This document shows, piece by piece, positions 62,961 to 64,000 of a DNA stretch of 64,000 nucleotides (its first letter is position 1; each line of letters starts with the position of its first letter). This DNA is from Tubulanus polymorphus (Eukaryota > Animalia > Nemertea): positions 18,128,560-18,192,559 of the forward strand of contig NC_134027.1 in assembly GCF_964204645.1 (NCBI RefSeq), read 5' to 3'. The position numbers and the translations under genes are program-made. The notes below the pieces were generated by a model. That model ran no database searches. It was not told the DNA's origin and saw nothing but the letters and a program-made list of their open reading frames with translations.

Positions 62961-64000
62961 AAAACTTAGCCTGAAGATTGGGTCAGGTGAGATGTCCATC
63001 TCTATTGAAAATAAAGGTTGTTGGTCAATTATGGGTGCCAGTGTGGCCATCTTTAATTTCTTGTTTACAAGATGCAGACCGCAATTTTTGATGGATTTCC
63101 TCAATATTTGGTTTGGCAATCAGGGTAAGTAAGCTGTTCACCCTTATTGAATATTGGCTTTCAAATATGGGTGGCATTCCATCTTCGATTTCTTTTTTAG
63201 CACAATACAGCCTGCAATTTAAATTTTGCCTGCCAACCGTTACGGTTTCGCTGTAATACATTGCGTTTGGTATGCCGATAATACGCCGTTGCGATCACAA
63301 TGACAAAAATACAGTGGAAAAAATAAAATGTTGCGTTGTTCTGTTTTGGTTCTATAAGATACGATTGAACTGTAAACATGTTACGATGTTCTGTTGATGT
63401 CTAATAAATTACGTGTTTGAGTTTGTCAGTGATGATAAAATATTTACAAGTACAATCCCCGGCCGACATGTGACGCCACCTGCTTATCACTTATCGGTGT
63501 GCTAACTGTGGCAAGTTTCTTCGGAAAACGGAATTAGGTTGTGTTCGGTTCTTTTTCTGAAGAATCCGGCAAAAGGTAGAGAGTTTCTTTTGTCCAATGT
63601 CGTATAGCGCCACAGCTGTCGAAAATCTAACTAATCTGTCAAACCAGCAATTTTTCCTAGTGAGAAGACGCCACGTTCAGTTCAGTACGCACTGTCTAGC
63701 GTACACAGCTTTTCGTTACAATCACTGCTATTCAGATTTTTGGAAGTCGTGATTTGCGTTCGAAAAAGAAATGGTTTGTCGGAAAGAGTTCAACTTGTCG
63801 CTGGATCCAGCAGATCAGATATTATTTGGACTAATGTAATTTCAACTTGACTTTAGAGCATATCAACAGGTGGCCTAGCTAGGTCAGTTTTGATGTGCTC
63901 TTATTCAAGCTGAATAGACATGTAGGATAATGTATGATAATGAATGTACTTGCGTAGAAATGATAATAAATTATTGTTCCTGTTATACACTTGTAGCTTT

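Overview
AT-rich, repeat-dense eukaryotic DNA, most likely from an invertebrate animal. Most of the window is transposable elements: a DIRS retrotransposon cut by the left edge, a decayed Mag-type Ty3/gypsy nested in a Harbinger MITE, Helentron/DINE-1-like elements, MITEs, fragments of BEL/Pao, Penelope, LINE, Academ and YqaJ elements, and a 3.9-kb satellite of 31-bp hairpin units. One host gene is visible: three coding exons of a dynamin-like GTPase (37333-61727), continuing past the window end. The standout is a very young 12.5-kb Ty3/gypsy provirus on the minus strand (17055-29592; 600-bp LTRs with one mismatch seen; TSD AAGC) organised like a complex retrovirus. Gag and pol are in frame across a single UAG, the integrase ends in a chromodomain, and an F-type envelope has its own splice acceptor and an extra C-terminal membrane module. 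Between env and the 3' LTR lies what appears to be a multi-exon antisense accessory gene encoding a Pro/Ser-rich protein with a PY-NLS-like motif. All calls come from reading the sequence; no database searches were run.
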